From positions 2,046,001 to 2,110,000 of the forward strand of contig CP075495.1 of NCBI GenBank assembly GCA_021613535.1: DNA of 64,000 nucleotides, read 5' to 3'. The stretch is from Adineta vaga (lineage: Eukaryota; Animalia; Rotifera). This document shows, one piece after another, positions 14,255-26,888 of the stretch. The notes beneath the pieces are model-generated. The model was not told the DNA's origin. It did not search any database and was given only the letters and a program-made list of their open reading frames with translations. Made by a program: the position numbers and the translations under genes. How positions within the stretch are numbered: the first letter of the stretch is position 1; each line of letters begins with the position of its first letter.

Positions 14255-15252
14255 TTACTTATCATATAGATGTTCATATATACACAATATTTGTCCAATG
14301 AATGTGAAAAAATGATTTCGAATCAATTGACCATATTGAGAAAGATGATTATATCCGAATAGAAGATTAATCAATAATAAAAATATGAAACAATATTTGA
14401 AGAATGAAATCTTTTTTGTCTTATCATCATCATCATCATTATGTGTTCTTTTAATTCGTTTAATTTGTCGATGAAAGAGAGAGAAATCTTCATCCATTGA
14501 TGAAAGAATATTTGTTTTTATGAGATAAGAATTATGTATAGATTTATTTAAAGTAAGTGATCGTTTTGCTCGAATGATTTTCTTTTGTTGAATCGAATGA
14601 TTATGTGATGTTTTATTTTCAAAAAATGCACTAATATCTTTAAATGTTGTTGGAAGTATTAGTTCATTTTCATCGACATCTGTTGAAACAGATATTAATG
14701 ACTAAATGAAATTTTTACAGAGAGATAATAGAAAATTTTATTTATTTATTGACAACCAGATGTCGCAAGAACAAATAGAGTTCCACATACTTTTTGTTGA
14801 TTTATTGTAAATCCATTGATTAATTTTCGTTCTATATGAACATTCATAAGTTGATTATGATTTGTATTTGTTGCATGTGTAATATGTGTATCATGTTTAT
14901 CACCATGAAATTCATTTCGAAGAGTATTTGTACTCTCATTTAACATTTCATGATCATGAGATTCAATAATTGTTGGTAGATTTAATCGATGTTTATGCAT
15001 TGTTTGATAAGAATTTTGTTTGGGTAAAGTTTTCGATGGAAAATTTGTAGATGGAAAATCGATTTCATCTTCTTCGATTAGACTTTCAAGATTCGGTGTT
15101 GATGAAGATGATGGTGGACGTAAGATTGCACTTGGAGAATCTTCTCGTACACGACGTACTGTTGGTGATGATGATGATGAAGAAGAGGAAGTTCGACGAC
15201 GATTGAAAGTCGAATTGTTACTTGTACCCATTTCGAATCGAGTCTTCCACAT
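14255..15252 (-). CDS. Unknown Ser/Arg-rich protein with C-terminal TM segment (start approximate)
   Basis: ORF 14746-15369 splices (donor ~14789, acceptor 14702) in frame into 14701-14255, ending ...KKISFFKYCFIFLLLINLLFGY...YDK*. Confidence 0.6.
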
Positions 15253-15688
15253 TCGTGAACAATACACAAGTGAGAGAAGACGAATAAAGGGAAAATAAAT
15301 AACAGTTGATAGACAGTATCGAAAATAATCAACAATTAGCGGGCAAAAATGAAAGCTCTTTATAAACAAATATTTTCAATGAATCATCATTTTGAAAGAA
15401 TTATAAAAAAAAACGACTAACTTGACGTTGTTTGTTTTTTGCCTATGTTTAATGACATTCCATCACGTTCGATGGCCAGAAAAAAATCCATATCTAATGA
15501 GATTTCTATATGGATGACTTATTCACAGAATCTCAATTATGTATCGATACATTTTTTCAAGTGTAGTTAATAGAAAATATCGATTCAATTTTAAGACAAT
15601 CTCTAAATTTATTGGAAAAGAGAAGAACTAATTATTTCAAAATTTCTGTTGCCCGATAACGATTGCTAGACATTTTCTCGCCAATGTT

Positions 15689-16416
15689 TAAACTCGAAAT
15701 CGTTGAGCAATTAAATGTAAAAATAACACAATAGTCCACGATAACAACACTAGAACACCACCAGCGAATGTATAACTCGAACTATGAAAAAATCATATGT
15801 CATTTTTTTGTCAATTGAAATCATCCGAAATTACTTACAGTAGATTTGTATAAGTATATCGACAATCAGTAACGATAAGAAACCAATTGAAGTATATCGA
15901 TGGTGTACATACTGTTGTTAAACATAATTGACATGTATATGCAAAGAAAAGTAAATTTGAAACAAGAAATTTAATGATAACGATAGATGACGAATTATTC
16001 TCATATTTACCGATTGGTAACCTAAAGAATTTTGATAATAAATATTGAAGAATTTCTTTAACTTACCAGGAAAGATCCCAATTGAATAATGATGCACCTA
16101 ATCGTCGTGCATAATAAATTATAAGTAAAAGAAATAAAATAACAAGACCAATTTCCCATGGAAGAATTTTATTATAGGAAAGAATAAAGATAAAATGAAT
16201 AATTGTAAACATAATTGAAGATAAATAATAACAACAAAATAGAGAAGATTTTTGTGAATTTTTATATTGTTTATATAATTCAATTGAATAAATACTGAAG
16301 ATTAACAAAAGTAATAGCCAATGTATGGACGAGAGAGTCGTTAATATCAATTGCACGATCAAATGAAGTAAAACTGATGATATAAACTGACGGTTTTTTA
16401 TCATCATCATCATCAT
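15689..16416 (-). CDS. Unknown multipass membrane protein (3 exons; 3' end uncertain)
   Basis: Hydrophobic ORF 16063-16416 continues through canonical introns into exons ~16021-15839 and ~15781-15689, giving several more TM segments. Confidence 0.5.
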
Positions 16417-16541
16417 TATCTAAAAAATGGTATTCAACTCAGTAAGATTAATTTTGTTTTTCTAGATTAACAATAGAAATCAAAAATAGTATCTGAACTC
16501 GTTCTATTCTATTCAACCACATATATGTATAGAAATGAGTT

Positions 16542-18151
16542 TTATTTAGCATTTGGTGTATCTTCTAACAAATGATCAATAGTTTTCGTAGCTGAACGAG
16601 TAAAATTGACTAAAATATGCGTATATAAAAGACGTGTATCTACACTAGTAATGGAATAATCCAATACACTCAGTTGTCGTATACCATCATAAGAATATCG
16701 TAGCCATTTTCTCAATGTTCCATAACTAAATAAAATCAAAATCAAGATTATTTATTTGATAGAATTGAAAATGAATTACCGATTGGCTGCAGGTGTTTGT
16801 TTTTTATGACGGATCATTTTATAACGGCCGATATGATTCGGTGGTCGACTTATACGATAACCTGCATGACGTAATCTAATTGAAATAAATCAGCAAAAAA
16901 TTTTTAAAAAAAATAATAGAATACAAACCTATGGTTCATATCTAAATTAATGATAGTTAAAATAACAAAATTTTATTTGAGTTAAACTTACCATCATCTT
17001 CGAACTGACAACCGATGTCGAAAAGAAAAAGACGAAGAGAAATGAATTCTTTGAAGTATAGGAGATAATCAACTTACACCCCAACCCCAATATAGATTTG
17101 ACCAACCATTTGCTTTAAAGAATTGTTCTTTAGTCAAAGCAAGAGCACCTCCAATCAAATCATTATACATTAAACTGAAAATAAATTAACAGAAGAATTA
17201 TTATTCAGCAATCTCTTCTTGTACAAAACAATTCTTTCAATGTTTTTCTTTTCTCATAACTTACAAATAACGTAATTCATCAACAGCTGGTGCTAAATGT
17301 CGTGGTCCTTGTTGTTCACATTCATAAACATTATAATCATTTTCTGGTATAAGATCAACATCATGAAAGATGAAACAATCAACTAATGGTGTTACTATTT
17401 TAGAAGCATGATGAAATGCAACATTCATAATTAAACCTTTATTAAAGGTACCATTACCATACTAAAGTTCATAGAAAAAAAACTATCTTGTTTTTCGAAT
17501 TCAATCAATCAAGATTAACCTGTTCAACAACAAATATTCGATAAGCTCGTTTTTGTCGTTGTAGAAATGGATGAAGATGACGTAGGAGCGTTTTTAGTTG
17601 TTGTTCACGATAACGAAATGGAATAATAATTGCAAGCTGTTGTCGACTAGTGCAATCACTTGGAGTGTATATACCACCTAGATAATAATCAAGAAAATAA
17701 ATGATTTATTTACAAATTCTATTTCATTCTCAGCTTTTGTTTTTCTATCACAATATAATATTGCCAGATGGATTTAGAAACAAGTTTTAAATTTGATCAT
17801 ATTTGAGACAAAACTTTTTTTCTTCTGATTAATACCTGTTTGTACATTTTTTACATCTTTTTCTACATCTGTCCATGTTAAATCAGATGACATATCAATT
17901 GGAACATTTTCTAGAAGAAATCCTAAATAAACACTATTCTTAATAATCTATAATATACTCAAAAGTGTCGATGGATAAAGCGGACATAATTGTGAACTTC
18001 GTTTTTCTTGATCTTGAATTATATATTGATTTGCAGTTCTTTCATCATGTATATTACACAAATGTATGATGATGATAATACCGATTGCTAGAATAAGAAT
18101 TGGTAGATGTTCACTATTTTTCAATCGAATAAATTTTCGATAATTAATCAT
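16542..18151 (-). CDS. GT7 beta-1,4-N-acetylgalactosaminyl/galactosyltransferase (paralog A)
   Basis: IIIPFRYRE, FNKGLIMN, FHDVD, YNDLIGG, WGWGFEDDD (via microexons), YKMIRH; N-terminal type II anchor. Leu at the beta4GalT1 Tyr289-equivalent position suggests a UDP-GalNAc donor. Confidence 0.9.
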
Positions 18152-21100
18152 TGATCTGAAATGATATAAGAATATTTTATCATCGACTTTCTCATGTATA
18201 CTGATGGTTCACAAGCAATTCGCTATTTCTTATTTGACAACATCGCTTCTTTTTAAATGAGAACTTAAATAAATAAAATAAAAACATCGTTTTTCTTTTT
18301 CGTTCTCTCATTCGTAATCCTTCGAACGGAAAAGAAAAAATGTTTCTTATATGAGCAATAATAATGTTTCTTTTACTTTGAAAAACGATACGATAGCTTA
18401 TATATTGAAATTGAAACATATTGCATCTATTTAAAGAGATGTTAGAAAAGATCACATCAATAAATGCAATCATACATAACCGTCATGCTTCACTTCACTC
18501 ACTGCTTCGATATCTTTTTATTACATGTACATGTTTTTTTTTGCGTTCTATTGACAATAAAATGAGAACAAAAATAAAAATATTCGAGTAAATTATACAT
18601 TTTGTTCATTATGAGATTTAACGATACTATTGAACGTTAAGAAAAAAGTATTGTAATCTTCAACAACGACAAAAAAAACAAGCTTACATCAGCTATTGAG
18701 TTTGCTCTGATTATAGAGATCTTCCAAATAGTACTGAGTCATTACTATGACAATAATTCTATCGAACTTCGTTCTCTTCTGAAATGACATATGTCAGATA
18801 TTTTTGTTTCTATTACAAAAATAAAGAAAATAAATTGCTAGTTAGTAATCACAACGGTATTCCATACTTCTCTTTATTCCAAAAAAAAATCTTCTTGGTA
18901 CTTTTAAAATGACTGTGTCAATAAACCTGATTATGAACTCAAGGTTATCTTGTTTTTTTCTTCTAATAATGCATCATCAATATATATATATATAATCAAG
19001 TATTTTCTATGATAAATATATCAAATCTAATGATTATCTTTCATCAATACGAAAACATATGCTTCACATTTACATACCAGAATGGTAACATCATTTTTAT
19101 CCATTGAAAAAAAAATATATGAAATTCCATATTAATAAGAGTACGACTAGTCACGCTTAATCTCCTTTTGCGTGACAATTAAGATGATTATCTATGAAAT
19201 TCTGAAAATAATCATTAGAATATAAAGCTAGCTATTTCAAACAAGTAATAATGTTTGTTTGAATGAATGGCAGTGCTCACAAATTTTATTTACTAAAGAA
19301 GGAAAAAAAACGTGCAGCCTTGGTATACATACAAACCGAGGAAAAGAAAACTGGAGCTGTTATTATTTAGAAGAGAAGAACGACATAATTTCAAGGAGCA
19401 AACAAAAGCGTAGCGACCAATTCAAAAAGTTTACGTCGGATACATGAGGAAAAGAAAGAGAAACACAGTTGTCACCAGTATTTTTTTTCCTATGGAATTG
19501 AAGGCCATTGGAAAAGCGAGACATTTTAAGAAGTAGATTAGTATTCTTTTTTCTTCGAAGAAGCACGTCGATAGACGATATAAATGTAATGAAAAGGTTT
19601 CTCACATTTATGACAAAAACGAAAAATCGATATATGATCATATGTAATTGATTTTCAAAAGAAATACATTATTTACAGAGACGTCTTACTTCATTCACAT
19701 CGACATCTATTAACACTATGAAAAGGATAAAAATGATAATTAGTTGTCATGAAAGTAACTATGTAATTAACTTCCTTTGTTTATTAGATTGCGCACAATT
19801 CATTGGATTGAATATAGAATACATCGTATAAACTACGAAAGATTCATTTGATGTTCGTATGGCATAGAAAGACCAACGTTAGAATAGAAAAATCAACAAA
19901 AAGCCTTCATGTTAATATTCAATTTTCTATTTGTATTCTTTGAAAAACAGGAAGTTGGCGGTACTGACTTTCGCACTTGACTTTCGGCAATTGCCAAAAG
20001 TTGTGTTTTTCTAAAATTTTCGCCACAAACAGGGAGGATTTTCGACAATAGCCGATAGTTCAGTTTTGCCAATGTGTAAATCTAACATAACTTTGGTGAT
20101 TATTTTACATCTTGATAAAGATGATAATCAACAAAATGTTTATAAAACAGAATCTACCCTTTAAATGATATATGCTAACGCCTAACAGTATGACGACGTC
20201 ATGATGAAGTTCGTATAATACACGATCAAAGTTGATTGCTATGCAAGGTGCCTGTTATTCAGGGTGCCTGCTAGGAGCCTAAGTTGAAACAAACGATGCC
20301 TATCTTGCCGAAAACCGCCATCTATTGCTGGTTCATTTTTAACTAGTAACTTAATATTGGTTCAAGTATACATCTCAGTAGTTTATTGTTTTATTTTCTA
20401 GTGATAACATACAAAGAACAATGCATATAGAAAAGTGTACGGCTGCCCTGCCTGCACTGCACGCAACTTGTCTTACACCCACACCCTCAACAATGAGTTT
20501 TATACAAGATATGATAAAAAAAGAAACAAATAGAGGAAAGAGTTTTGTCCAAGAGTATATATGAGACATGGAACAAAAACCATATTTTTAACTAAGCATT
20601 ACAATAAATAAAATAAGATAATCTATGTTTTGTGCTTTATTTTACCAACTCTACCAGAAATGTGTACGCTATGTTAGATTTTTTTGTCGCCGTGATATAA
20701 ACTTTTCATTTTGCGTTGTGTTGAGAAGCCGATACGAAGACTGCTTTATATTGTATATAAAAAAAATGACCAAACAACTTTTCGGAAATCACTATTTATT
20801 AACGTATTAATCGATCGTATTCTTTGTGGTATTTATGAATCCTTTAGTTTACTTTTAAATTGATATATTTTCATTTAATATTCGTAAGAGTTTTTTCACT
20901 GAATGAGAAAGTATAATCAAGACTTTTCTTCACGATTAAATCCAAGCCATATTTCATGGAACTCATCGATAGTTTTCATGATGTGAACAGATAAACAAAT
21001 ATTTTGCAATTATACATTATATGAAGAGTAATAATCTAATAGCCTGAACTGCATTTTTTTTACAAATGTATTTTTCATCCGAATAATGTTTATTCAAAAA

Positions 21101-21515
21101 TACAATAACAAAAACTAGTTTGATGTGCCGCCTATTTGAGATATTTGAAAAATACGAAATCAGTTGACGTATTGATATATAGATATGCTTCACTTACTTC
21201 CCTTTTTTTGATTTTCATCAATGTCACAATGATATCCGAGATTTTTTTGTTTATTCATGACTACGGTTACTGGAAAGAGAAATACATTGCACCTTTGTTT
21301 TTCTTCTGCATACTCGTCAAGACTCAATGCCGATAATGTATTCTAACCTGCATAATTACAGAGAGAAAATAAATAATAAGCAAGGGCGTTTTATAGTGAT
21401 GATGGTGAGTATGACTGATAAAAATGGAAAAAAACCATGATAATTCAGCTAAAAAAGTGCAGTATTTGTCATGTACCTGATTCTACTCATTAAGAACACG
21501 GTGGCGAGCATTCAC

Positions 21516-21523
21516 TATAAATA
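21516..21523 (+). promoter_or_regulatory. TATA box conserved upstream of YHYH copies
   Basis: TATAAATA lies in a block conserved in all three repeats (CATAAATA at 24135, TATAAATA at 26772). Confidence 0.5.
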
Positions 21524-21753
21524 AATGATCTATCCTGTCACAGTGTATGCAGTCATTCTTTACTCATTTCCATACTTGTTAGTCTTATCATATCTCATTT
21601 CAACCTTGATTACTGCCTACAGTCAAGATTCTTTCAATGACATCATTCAGATTTATCGAATTCTATCAAATAGATAAACTTCAATTTGATCAATAGCTTT
21701 GTACATTTGCTTCCATTGTAGATACAAGTTCGTCTTCATTTTTAGCAAGATCA

Positions 21754-23012
21754 ATGGTTGTAGGAAAAATAGCAATTGCAGTGGTTGGTATCACAATAGC
21801 AGTATTTGCTATTGCCGCTACGATTGTAGTCAGTCTTATCTCAATTTACATCCCAAATCAAAGTGTTTCAGTATCAGGTATGATCTTGTAGAATAGTTTT
21901 ATATTGAAGAATCCATTATCAATAGTAATCAGTTAATACTTGTTTAAAAAATAGATCGAATTCTATTAGAATACCAATCGATTAGAAATATCATTTACTT
22001 TTTAAAATGATCTAATTCATTTTTAGCGTATCAAAAATGTCTTACAATAGCAGCAAATTTTGCGACAACAGTTACTGGACCGGTATCAAATATTACAACA
22101 ACAACAGGTGTCACTGTAACATGTTCTCAGTTGTCAACAACGTCGTGTCCAGGAACGATGGTCAATGGAATATGTAATTGGCAACGAAAATTAGCTGTGA
22201 CATGTATTGATGGTTCCACAGTACGTATTCGAGTGCAATCAAATGGTCTTCCAGGAAGGTGCGCTAATGTGCCATCAGTCACAAGTATCAAAGAACAAAG
22301 TATCGATTTTGAAGTTAACTTTAATCCGACAGTCAGTGTTAAGTCACCATTATATACGCCAACCACCCAAACTCAACTTGATAATATTATTTGCAATATT
22401 ACAAATCAATATTCGGCTCCGGCAGCTTCAAGTTTAGTTACATATTCATCGCAAGACTCTCTAACAACATTGGCTGGAGTTAGTATTGATAATGTAGCCA
22501 TACTCAACGTCAATAGTGCCAACATGGTGGATCCCTTCTATCCATCATCAGGTTACGCCGTAGAATCAGTCGATGCTTGTTTAGCACATCCTCAAACAAG
22601 TGGTCTCTATCATTACCATGCTGCTAGTGGATGTGCTGTTTCACCTCCAACTGGCAACATCTCTCTATGTGACACAACGAACGGATGTTCTACAGATGTT
22701 GCTGGTTATATAATTTCAACCTGGCCATCATCAGCAAAGAAACTAACTGTGATAGGTATCGCTAAAGATGGTCATGTTATCTATGGTCCATATTTGAATA
22801 CGGGCGAGGTGGTTTCTAGTGGTGTTGACATCTGCAATGGTATGTTCTATGATAGTATTGGTAATTATGGTTATTTTGCAACAACAAAATTTCCGTACAT
22901 TACGGGTTGTTTTGGACCAGGAAATTATCCATCATTTGGTCCAACTTGTACAACAAATGGACAATCATCTTATACAATGTCGAAATATGCAGCTGTTAAA
23001 GCAAGTGGATAA
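21754..23012 (+). CDS. YHYH-domain protein copy 1, intact, N-terminal signal anchor (~369 aa); exons 21754-21877, 22027-23012
   Basis: VRIRVQSNGLP, AGVSIDNVAI, DACLAHPQTSGLYHYH, IGIAKDGHVIYGP, DICNG, YGYFAT..FPYITGCF are YHYH family motifs. The splice is in frame. Confidence 0.85.
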
Positions 23013-24407
23013 ACTGCTAACGTGGTCTGTGGAGGATATTATTGGCATAAAGCTTCTATATACTTTTTCAAAAACATTCAGTACCTTTTCCGATATTAGG
23101 ATTTTTGGGCAAACTTCTTTTTATCACTAACAAACATATCTGTCTTTTGATGAAACTTAGTCAAAGGCTACATTTGTCGATCTGTATGTACGTTCAGTTG
23201 TTATTCAGATTTGGTATGGTATAGTTCTCCTTTCGTATGCAGTATCTTTCAAAGTTACATGAACTAAAAAAAACAAGAGAAGAAATCTAAGGAACTTTCG
23301 CATTGTTAGAAAACTGAAAATGAAAGAGGAGTGAATGCCATTTCGGATGGAATAGTCGTAATGATAGTAGACAAAAATGATTGACATATAGAAGACAGAA
23401 TATCTTCGAAGGAACGTTTTTTTCGGGTGTTTGGCAGGTTTTTATGAAAATCTGAAATTATTATTGATCACCGTTTAAATCCTTGCTAATCAATCGTTTA
23501 TTGAAGGTTGATGTATTGTCATTTGACTTCTATATGCTAACAATTTATCTCAATCCACATCAAAACACGTGTCATCAACCTGCCCCCTAGTTATCACTGC
23601 AGAAATTTGTCGAAAAATATTTTTAATTGCCTATTACACGGAGTGCGTGTCTCTTGCAATAGTTTTTTTTTATCACAACACAATTACTCCACGATTGTTT
23701 ACGAACATGATTTGTATTTTCTACCTGTTCTGCATCCCAAAATATTAAATCAATCAATGTTCTGCTTATTCTGCCGTTAATTAGATACGATTCACCCGCC
23801 TCTAGTTTTTTCCTCATATTTGAATGAAACTACCTCATTTTACTCTTGATCCGTCCTACTTCACTGATATTTTGATTAAAAAACAGATAGTTATTATTTT
23901 TCTTTTTCCTATGTTCACTTCCGAATGTTAATTGCTAATGACATATAGAAACCTAAATAATAATTTGAAAGCCATGAAAAATGGAAAAAAACCCAACGCA
24001 CTTAAGGACATGACATAATGATGAAGATGCTTATACATGATTCAACAAGAATAACCATGACAAGCTTTTCAAAAAGTACAATATTTATCATGCGTCTTAA
24101 TATATTTAGTAAAAACACGGTCTCGATGAGTGATCATAAATAAATGATCTACCCTTTCACAGAATATGCATTTGTATTCAAAACCTATTCCCAACACGTT
24201 ATGATGATGTCTATTACGGATATCAAAATTTTCTTTACTTAATCATATCTGACGTTAACTTTGATTACAATCTGTAACCAAACTTCATTCAGTCTCATCA
24301 GTCAGACTTATCGAACTCTATTAGATAGATAAACTTCAATTTGATCAATAATTTTTTCCTTTACTTCCATTGTAGATACAAGTTCATCTTCATATTTAGC
24401 AAGATCA

Positions 24408-25575
24408 ATGGTTGTAGGAAAAATAGCAATTGCAGTGGTTGGTATCATAATAGCCGTGTTTGCTATTGGAGCTACGATTGTAATAAGTCTTATCTCAATT
24501 TACATCCCAAATCAAAGTGTTTCAGTATCAGGTATTGTTGAACAAAAAGTGTTCTTCCCTACTATTGTTGTATAACGTATAAATATATGTATATCACCAA
24601 TACTTCATCCATGAATATAACTATACTAAAAAAGCTGGCCAATGAGATCATTGATGAAGCAAGTTCTTCGAAATATTTTATCAGCATATTTGTACATTTA
24701 TTATCTTGCTTTTAGCGTATCAAAAATGTCCACGGTCGCATCAAACTTTGCAACAACAGTTACTGGACCAGTAGCTAATATAACAGCAACAACAGGTGTT
24801 ACTGCATCTTATGCTCAGTTTTCAGCTGTTTCCTGTCCAGGCACCATGACCAATGGAATATGTACTTGGCAACGAAAATTAGCTGTCACATGTATCGATG
24901 GCTCCACTGTACGCATTCGAGTACAATCAAATGGTCTTCCAACATGTTGCGCTGTTGTATCATTGACTGCAACCGTCAAAGAACACAATATCAATTTCGA
25001 AGTAGATTTCAATAGAAAAATATCTATCCACAATGGCCGGAATCAGTATTGATAATGTAGTTATTCTAAATGTGAATAGTGGTGATAGTGCTGATCCATT
25101 CTATCCACCAACTGGCTATGAACAAGAAGGAATCGACAGTTGTTTATCACACCCACAAGCAAGTGGTGTTTATCATTATCATGTGGCTAGTGGATGTGCT
25201 GTTTCACCTCCAGTAGGTAACATCACATCGTGTGGTATTGACAATTCATGTATCACAAATGTCGCTGGATACATGATTTCAACTTGGCCTTCATCTGCAA
25301 AGAAACTAACTGTGATTGGTATTGCTAAAGATGGTCATGTTATCTATGGTCCATATTTGAATACGGGCGAGTTGATCAGTAGTGGTGTTGACATTTGCAA
25401 TGGTATGTTCTATGATAGTATTGGTAATTATGCTTATTTTGCAACAACAAAATATCCATACATTACGGGTTGTTTTGGACCAGGAAATTATCCATCATTC
25501 GGTCCAACTTGTACAACAAATGGACAATCATCTTATACAATGTCGAAATATGCAGCTGTTAAAGCAAGTGGATAA
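24408..25575 (+). pseudogene. YHYH-domain protein copy 2, disrupted
   Basis: 1-bp deletion at ~24730 (TGTCCACG vs TGTCTCACA) gives stop TAG at 24772. There is also a 125-bp deletion at 25008-25013 relative to copy 3. Confidence 0.85.
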
Positions 25576-26888
25576 ACTGCTAGTGTAATCTGTGGACGAT
25601 ATGATTAACATAAAGGTTCTATATATACTTTCTTTTGAAATATTGCGATTTTTTCTGTTTTCGATATTTTTGTATAAATTTTTATTTCCTCCTACTAACG
25701 TTATGTCTGATTTTTAATGAGAGTTTGCAAAAGCTACACTATGCGGTGTGAGTCACGAATGCTTGATTTGAGATTCACTATCATACTGTTCTCCTTCTGT
25801 GTACATTATTTACTACAATTACAAGAATGGAAAAAAACTCCACCTCATAAAGTTTGACAATCGTTTTAAATTGATCTATCTTGGTAACACTTCAAATGTC
25901 ACAAATAACAATGAAAATGATTATATTGAATTAATAGATCATAAGTTAATATTAAACCAAATTGTTTGTTATCGTTAAAACGAATTAAAATATCTGATTT
26001 GTTTCAGTGCAGTTGATTAATTACAGATTTGAATGAGAATTGGAACTAAAATGTACATGAAACCTTACTTCTTTTAAATAAGCTATACACGTATCTTTTG
26101 ACACTCGAGCATCTTCACTACAGACGTACTGTTGAGAAAAAGATAATAATATGTCTATTCAGAACAGAAAATATTCTGTATAATTTGCATTTTTTTCATA
26201 CAAAGATATAAGCAAAAATATCAAGGTACGTGTCAGCGACGTTCTTCACAGTTTGTTTTATCCATACTGATAGTAAACTATTTTTCATTGCATATTAAAT
26301 GGAAGAAAAATTTTCTTAGAATGAACTTCCATCAGAATACTTTTTATAACTGACAACAAGCATGATTTGTATTTGCTATTTATCGTACATCTAAAAATAC
26401 GAAAGCAATCCGTGTTTTGATTACTCTACTATTATTTAACGATGATTCACCTACACTGGTTATTTTTTCATATCGAATTGACACAATTTCATTTGTCTCT
26501 TATATTCGTTCTACTACATAACTTTATTAAAGAAAACTGCCGATCGCCTTTCTTATTTATGTACAATTATGAAGGCTATACACCGATAAACGACACACAC
26601 CTGTGCGATAATATGAAAATAAGGAGTATCAGGCCTCATCAAGGATATGACATAGAAAACCACTGACTGTGTCTATTGAAATGGAAAAAAACATGATAAG
26701 TCGCTCAAATAAGTGCAGTATTTATCATGCATTCTATTATATTCACTAAAAATAAGGTCTCAATCAGTCATTATAAATAACTGATCTATCTTGTCACGAA
26801 ATGCACTTTTTTTCGGAAAACCTACTTCAAATTATGTGCATTTCATTCTATTGCAGATACAAATTCATCTTCACCTTTAACAAGATCA

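Noticed and set aside
18192-21336. Short ORFs in the intergenic gap
   Set aside because: AT-rich, low-complexity translations with no motifs or coherent splice structure.
21699-21896. Cys-rich ORFs 21699-21896, 24341-24541, 26801-27052 as a separate peptide family
   Set aside because: Off-frame readings of YHYH exon 1. The true frame encodes the signal anchor.
24730-25013. Compensating frameshifts (-1 and -125 = -126) restoring YHYH copy 2
   Set aside because: An in-frame TAG at 24772 lies between the two lesions.
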